Assembly: GCA_963977015.1 (NCBI GenBank)
Contig: CAXBMO010000042.1
Span: 1-28,804, forward strand
DNA: 28,804 nucleotides
Direction: 5' to 3'
Origin: an uncultured bacterium
GTDB taxonomy: Bacteria; Verrucomicrobiota; Verrucomicrobiia; Verrucomicrobiales; DEV007
Shown: one piece after another, positions 24,121 through 28,804 of the stretch
Numbering within the stretch: the stretch's first letter is position 1
Layout of the letters: every line of letters starts with the position of its first letter
Notes under the pieces: generated by a model
The model's input: only the letters and a program-made list of their open reading frames with translations
Database searches by the model: none
What the model was told of the DNA's origin: nothing
Program-made: the position numbers and the translations under genes

Positions 24121-27100
24121 ATGCTAAACGCACTCATCAGATTCAGCCTCGCGCAGCGCTCGCTCATTCTCGCGGCAGCGGTGGTCTTGCTCGTATTGGG
24201 CGTGAAAAAGACGCTCGAGCTCCCGGTCGAGGTGCTGCCCGATCTCACCAAGCCCACGGTGACGATCTTGGTCGAGGCTCCCGGTTACGCCCCGGAGGAA
24301 GTGGAGACGCTCATCACCGTCCCGATGGAAACCGCGCTCATGGGCGTGAGTGGCGTCACCCGTTTGCGCACTGTGAACGATATTTCGCTCTCGCTCATTT
24401 TCGTCGAGTTTGAGTGGGGCACGGACATTTACCGCGCTCGCCAATTCGTCCAGGAACGGATGTCCGGCGCGGACGATTTTTTGCCGCCCGGCATTACCCC
24501 TTACATGACGCCGGTAACCTCGTTGATGGGAGACATCATGCTCGTCGGCTTGCGCGATCCCACCGGCAAAACGAGCGACCGCGATTTGCGCGTCTTGGCC
24601 GATTGGGTGATCGCGCGACGCATGCAGTCGATTGCGGGGATCGCGGAGGTGCTGTCGATGGGCGGCGGGGTGAAACAACTTCAGGTTCAGCCTAACCCGA
24701 ATGAAATGCTCGCGCTGGGGGTTTCGTTCGAGGAAATCCGCTTGGCGGCGGAACGATCCGTGAAAAACACCACCGGCGGCTTCCTGACTGAACGCGATCA
24801 GGAAATCATGGTGCGCAACTTGGCGATGACGACCGATGTCGATGAGATTGCCAAAACGGTGGTAAAATACGAGAACGACCGCGCGATTCGGCTCTCCGAT
24901 GTGGCTGAGGTGGTTTGGGACATCGAGCCGATGCGCGGAGACGCTGGCGTCGGCCGCAAAGGCGATGAGCCGGGCGCGGATGGTTACCGCGGCAACTCAG
25001 GAATCGTCATGAGCGTGCGCAAATCGCCCGGTTTTGACACGATTGCGTTGAGCAAAAAGGTTGAGGCTGCGATCGACGAATTGCAGAAGACGATGCCCGA
25101 TGGCGTCGAGCTGTTGACCACTTATCGTCAGCGCGATTTCATCGAGCTTTCGATTGGGAACCTGGAAGAGGCGTTGCGCGATGGCGCGATCATGGTGTCC
25201 ATCGTGCTTTTCCTCTTTTTGCTCAATGTTAGGGTGACTCTGATCACGCTTACCGCGATTCCGCTCTCGCTCGGCATCACGATTTTGGTTTTCGACTTCA
25301 TGGCGATGACGGTGAACTCGATGACGCTCGGTGGATTGGCCGTGGCAATTGGCATGGTGGTCGATGACGCGATTGTGGACGTGGAAAACGTCTACCGCCG
25401 CTTGCGCGAAAACGCCGAATTGGAGGAACCGAAGCCGAAACTGGAAGTCATCGCGCTCGCTTCGGCCGAGGTGCGCTCGTCGATTCTTTACGCCACGATT
25501 CTCATCATTTTAGTCTTCCTGCCGCTCATCGCCTTGAGCGGTGTCGAAGGGCGGCTCTTCACCCCCATCGCGGTAGCCACGATGATCAGCATGGCGGCAT
25601 CTTTCGTCGTCTCGCTCACCGTCATTCCCGTGCTGAGTTCGTATCTCCTGAATCCGAAGCCGGGCAAGGAGCATGGCGACGCCTGGATCGTGAGAATGTT
25701 GAAAAAGGTCTTCAGCGCCACCTGGCTGAAGTTCTCCCTCAGCCAGCCGCTGCTGCTTTTGGCGCTCACGATAGGGTTGCTCGTTGTCGCTGGAGCGATT
25801 TACACCAAGATGGGCGGCAACTTTCTTCCGCCTTTCCGCGAACCGACCATGCTCGTCGCCACGACGATGGCTCCCGGCACTTCGCTGAAGAAAACGACCG
25901 AGATTTCGCGAACCGCGCAAGATCTCCTCTTGGGCGTGAAAGGCGTCGAAGTCGTGAGTTACCGCGTTGGCCGGGCCGAGCGGGGCGACCACGTGGTGCC
26001 CGTCTCTACCGTGGAGTTCGACATTGAGTTCGATGAACATGGCGAGGAGCATCGCGACGAAGTGATGGAGGAAATTCGCAAAACGATGCGCGGCATTCCG
26101 GGAACCTTCAGCGCGATGAGCACGCCGCTGGCCGACCGCATCGGCCACATGCTCAGCGGTGTTTCCGCCAAGGTCGCGGTGAAAATTTACGGCCCGGATT
26201 TGGAAGAGCTGCGGCGTCTTGGCACGCAAATCGCGGGTATCGCGCGGGAAATCCCCGGCATGGATGAGGCACGCACCGAGCAGCAAGCTTCCGTGCCCCA
26301 ATTGCGGATCGAAATCGACCGCGACCGCGCAGCCGCCTATGGCGTGACTCCCGGTGAATTGAACGAGGAGCTGGCCGAACTCATTGGCGGAGGCTACGTC
26401 GCGGAAATCTACGAAAATCAGCGTGTTTACGATCTCGTCGTGCGCCTTCCGGTCGAGTGGCGTGAAGATCCGCAAAAGCTGCGCAACTTCTATATTGATA
26501 CCCAGGACGGCCAACGAATTCCGCTGAGCTACGTCGCCGAAATTCGCCAAGCAAGTGGCCCTAACACGATTCTACGCGAAAACACCCTGCGGCGCTTTGT
26601 CGTATCGATCAACCCGACTACCACCGATCTGAACGCGGTAGTCGAGGAGCTTCAGCTCCAGGTCGCTGAAAAGGTCAAATTGCCAGAGGGCTACTCCATC
26701 GCTTTTGAGGGCGAATATCAGGCACAACAGGAAGCGCGCCGCACCATCTTCGTCATGTCGGCCATTATTTTGGTGGTCATCGTCTTCCTGCTATATAGCT
26801 ATTTCCAAAGCTTCAGCTTCGTGCTCTTGGTGCTGAGCAATATTCCCATCTCAGTCATCGGTGGCATCATCTACACCCGGTTAACACTGGATAATATTAG
26901 CATCGCAACCCTCGTCGGCTTTATCGCGATCTCCGGCATCGCGGCGCGAAACTCCATCATGATGATTTCGCATTATCTCCACCTCATGGCGCATGAAGGT
27001 GAGCAGTTTGACCTCAAAATGGTGATTCGCGGAACCGAAGAACGACTCGTTCCCGTTTTAATGACCGCAATTTCAGCCGGGATCGCGCTTCTACCCCTCG

Positions 27101-27276
27101 TCCTAGCCGCCAACGAACCGGGCAAGGAAATCCTCAACCCCGTGGCCATCGTCATTGTTGGCGGCCTGGTTAGTTCCACTTTCCTCGGCCTGGGCGTGAC
27201 GCCCGCCGTGTTTCACACCTTCTGCCGCAAAGCCGCAGAACGTTCCATTCGACTCAAAGCTGCTGCCTGCGGCTAA
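24121..27276 (+). CDS. Heavy-metal efflux RND permease of a second HME subclass
   Basis: 1051 aa; EVLPDL, TM4 LAVAIGMVVDDAIVDVEN, PGKEILNPVA. Confidence 0.95.
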   Translation: MLNALIRFSLAQRSLILAAAVVLLVLGVKKTLELPVEVLPDLTKPTVTILVEAPGYAPEEVETLITVPMETALMGVSGVTRLRTVNDISLSLIFVEFEWGTDIYRARQFVQERMSGADDFLPPGITPYMTPVTSLMGDIMLVGLRDPTGKTSDRDLRVLADWVIARRMQSIAGIAEVLSMGGGVKQLQVQPNPNEMLALGVSFEEIRLAAERSVKNTTGGFLTERDQEIMVRNLAMTTDVDEIAKTVVKYENDRAIRLSDVAEVVWDIEPMRGDAGVGRKGDEPGADGYRGNSGIVMSVRKSPGFDTIALSKKVEAAIDELQKTMPDGVELLTTYRQRDFIELSIGNLEEALRDGAIMVSIVLFLFLLNVRVTLITLTAIPLSLGITILVFDFMAMTVNSMTLGGLAVAIGMVVDDAIVDVENVYRRLRENAELEEPKPKLEVIALASAEVRSSILYATILIILVFLPLIALSGVEGRLFTPIAVATMISMAASFVVSLTVIPVLSSYLLNPKPGKEHGDAWIVRMLKKVFSATWLKFSLSQPLLLLALTIGLLVVAGAIYTKMGGNFLPPFREPTMLVATTMAPGTSLKKTTEISRTAQDLLLGVKGVEVVSYRVGRAERGDHVVPVSTVEFDIEFDEHGEEHRDEVMEEIRKTMRGIPGTFSAMSTPLADRIGHMLSGVSAKVAVKIYGPDLEELRRLGTQIAGIAREIPGMDEARTEQQASVPQLRIEIDRDRAAAYGVTPGELNEELAELIGGGYVAEIYENQRVYDLVVRLPVEWREDPQKLRNFYIDTQDGQRIPLSYVAEIRQASGPNTILRENTLRRFVVSINPTTTDLNAVVEELQLQVAEKVKLPEGYSIAFEGEYQAQQEARRTIFVMSAIILVVIVFLLYSYFQSFSFVLLVLSNIPISVIGGIIYTRLTLDNISIATLVGFIAISGIAARNSIMMISHYLHLMAHEGEQFDLKMVIRGTEERLVPVLMTAISAGIALLPLVLAANEPGKEILNPVAIVIVGGLVSSTFLGLGVTPAVFHTFCRKAAERSIRLKAAACG

Positions 27277-27318
27277 AACCAACCCAACTCCAAACCCAAC
27301 CCAAACTCCAACTAAGAT

Positions 27319-27858
27319 ATGAAAACCATCCTGAAAACCACCGCCGCGATCTTGATCGCCGGCTACTCCCTGAGCGTCTCCTTCGCGGACGACAAAAAAG
27401 ATGATCACAAGGACCATGACCATGATCACGATCATCACGAGAAGATTGCCGGGCCCAATGGCGGTCGCGTTTTAACCAGCGTGGAACCTCATCTCGAATT
27501 CCTCGTGACGGAAGATCGCAAGGTGAAGATTACCGCGTTAGACGATCACAATAAACCCGTCGCAATTGGCGAGCAAAGCGTGAGCGTCACCGGCGGCGAC
27601 CGCAGCAATCCCACCCGCCTCTCGTTTGCGAAGGAAGGCACCGCTTTGGTCTCCGACGGCGCGTTTCCGGCTGGAAACGACTTTCCGGTCGTTGTCCAAA
27701 TCAAACCGGGCGGTGACGCCAAAGCAGTCATGGAGAAGTTTAACCTGAACCTCGCCGACTGCCCGACCTGTAAATACAAGGAATACGCCTGCACCTGCGA
27801 TCACGACGACGATCACGAGGGCCATGATCACAAGGAAAAGGGAGCCAAGAAAGACTAA
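27319..27858 (+). CDS. Secreted His/Asp-rich protein with CxxC-x3-EYACTC motif (paralog B)
   Basis: SFA|DD, DHDHDHDHH, AGPNGGR, CPTCKYKEYACTC. Confidence 0.9.
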   Translation: MKTILKTTAAILIAGYSLSVSFADDKKDDHKDHDHDHDHHEKIAGPNGGRVLTSVEPHLEFLVTEDRKVKITALDDHNKPVAIGEQSVSVTGGDRSNPTRLSFAKEGTALVSDGAFPAGNDFPVVVQIKPGGDAKAVMEKFNLNLADCPTCKYKEYACTCDHDDDHEGHDHKEKGAKKD

Positions 27859-27870
27859 CTCAATTCCAAC

Positions 27871-27897
27871 GAGCCGGGAGTCTTGAACTCCCGGCTC
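27871..27897 (+). other. GC-rich hairpin after paralog B
   Basis: GAGCCGGGAGT-CTTGA-ACTCCCGGCTC, perfect 11-bp stem. Confidence 0.65.
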
Positions 27898-27912
27898 TCC
27901 CAACCTGGAGCG

Positions 27913-28074
27913 ATGAAAACGATCTACTTTGCACTCGGCGCGCTGTTTGCGGCGCTTGCATTGGTCAGTTGCGCTGGAATGCGGGAAGAAGCCAATACCG
28001 CGAACGCTGGCGCTTGGGAGCAAGATGAACGAGGCCGGTGGCAATTCCATCGGTCGAATCCGAATCCACACTAA
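27913..28074 (+). CDS. 53-aa small lipoprotein
   Basis: MKTIYFALGALFAALALVSC lipoprotein signal; GGAG upstream. Confidence 0.7.
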   Translation: MKTIYFALGALFAALALVSCAGMREEANTANAGAWEQDERGRWQFHRSNPNPH

Positions 28075-28084
28075 AGTCACAGAT

Positions 28085-28708
28085 ATGAAAAGCCTGTATC
28101 ACAATCTATTGAGGCTCGTCGCCGCGCTTGCCGCGCTCGGCATTGCCATCACCCTCACCTCATGCGGTGAAGATGAGCACCACGAAGGCGACGGACACGA
28201 TCACTCCGAAAAAAGCGCTCATCACGACGATGATCATGACGACGATCACGAAGGTCATACCGATGGTGATGACGACCACGATCATGCCGAAAAAATCGCG
28301 GGCCCAAACGGCGGCCGCGTCATCACCGATGTGGAGCCACACCTGGAATTCCTGGTGCTCGACGACCGAAAGGTGAAGATTACCGCGTTGGACGACGACA
28401 ACAAACCCGCCACGATCGCGGGCCAAACCGTCAAACTCACCGGCGGCGACCGTTCTAGTCCAACCCGCATGACCTTCGTTAGCCAAGATGGCGTGCTTCT
28501 ATCCAACGAAGCCTTCCCGGAGGGCAACGACTTTCCCGTCGTGCTTCAGATCAAGAGCGGAGACGGCAAACCGGTCATGGCGAAGTTCAACCTGAACTTC
28601 AGCGATTGCCCAACCTGCGACTTCAAGGAATATGCCTGCGTCTGCGACCACGGTGATCATGATGACCACGACGGTCACGACCACAGCAAAGACAAAGCGA
28701 AAGAATAG
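28085..28708 (+). CDS. His/Asp-rich lipoprotein with CxxC-x3-EYACVC motif (paralog C)
   Basis: ATG 28085, lipobox LTSC, AGPNGGR, CPTCDFKEYACVC. Confidence 0.9.
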   Translation: MKSLYHNLLRLVAALAALGIAITLTSCGEDEHHEGDGHDHSEKSAHHDDDHDDDHEGHTDGDDDHDHAEKIAGPNGGRVITDVEPHLEFLVLDDRKVKITALDDDNKPATIAGQTVKLTGGDRSSPTRMTFVSQDGVLLSNEAFPEGNDFPVVLQIKSGDGKPVMAKFNLNFSDCPTCDFKEYACVCDHGDHDDHDGHDHSKDKAKE

Positions 28709-28723
28709 CCATCCTTTCCCCGC

Positions 28724-28750
28724 CAGCTATCCAACTTGATTGGGTAGCTG
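28724..28750 (+). terminator. Terminator-like hairpin
   Basis: CAGCTATCCAA-CTTGA-TTGGGTAGCTG (one G-U pair). Confidence 0.65.
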
Positions 28751-28804
28751 TGAACTTCCCCCGAAACGGTAGACATGCGGGGCTTGGTCTGAGACCATCA
28801 AAAA
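28751..28804. mobile_element. Probable IS3-family terminal inverted repeat (element runs off the window)
   Basis: TGAACTTCCCCCGAAACGGTAGACA resembles IS3/IS150-type ends (TGAAC..C.CC..AA...T.GACA), recalled from memory. Confidence 0.6.

Noticed and set aside
1-28804. CRISPR array, rRNA or intact tRNA genes
   Set aside because: No regularly spaced repeats or recognisable RNA genes seen; the His/Asp codon repeats are coding low-complexity sequence.

Overview
This window is a mosaic heavy-metal resistance island. It most likely comes from a Verrucomicrobiota-type bacterium; that is an inference from the A/C-rich leaders lacking Shine-Dalgarno sites and from the protein styles. It carries two HME-RND efflux systems, two TolC-family channels, a P1B-4 ATPase, a CDF-like transporter plus a decayed copy of it, a frameshifted acr3, a low-GC DUF4062-type gene, a MITE and probable IS ends at both edges. 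Two cnrY-cnrX-cnrH-like ECF sigma cascades are present, and their periplasmic sensors have different predicted ligand sets. Reading the intergenic DNA shows nine copies of an ECF-type promoter, TG(A/T/G)GGGGT-N13-15-CGTTTAA. These appear to split into an 'A-type' and a 'T-type' sub-regulon matching the two cascades. The regulon includes uncharacterised genes: three paralogous secreted ~86-aa peptides (xPPxKS...KG[H/Y]), a His/Tyr/Gly-rich exported protein, a SAM methyltransferase and an output-less HAMP membrane protein. Other notable items are a CxxC-containing leader ORF with an arrest-peptide-like C-terminus upstream of the first RND operon, adaptors that appear to lack the alpha-hairpin, and three paralogous CxxC-x3-EYACxC proteins located downstream of the RND pumps.
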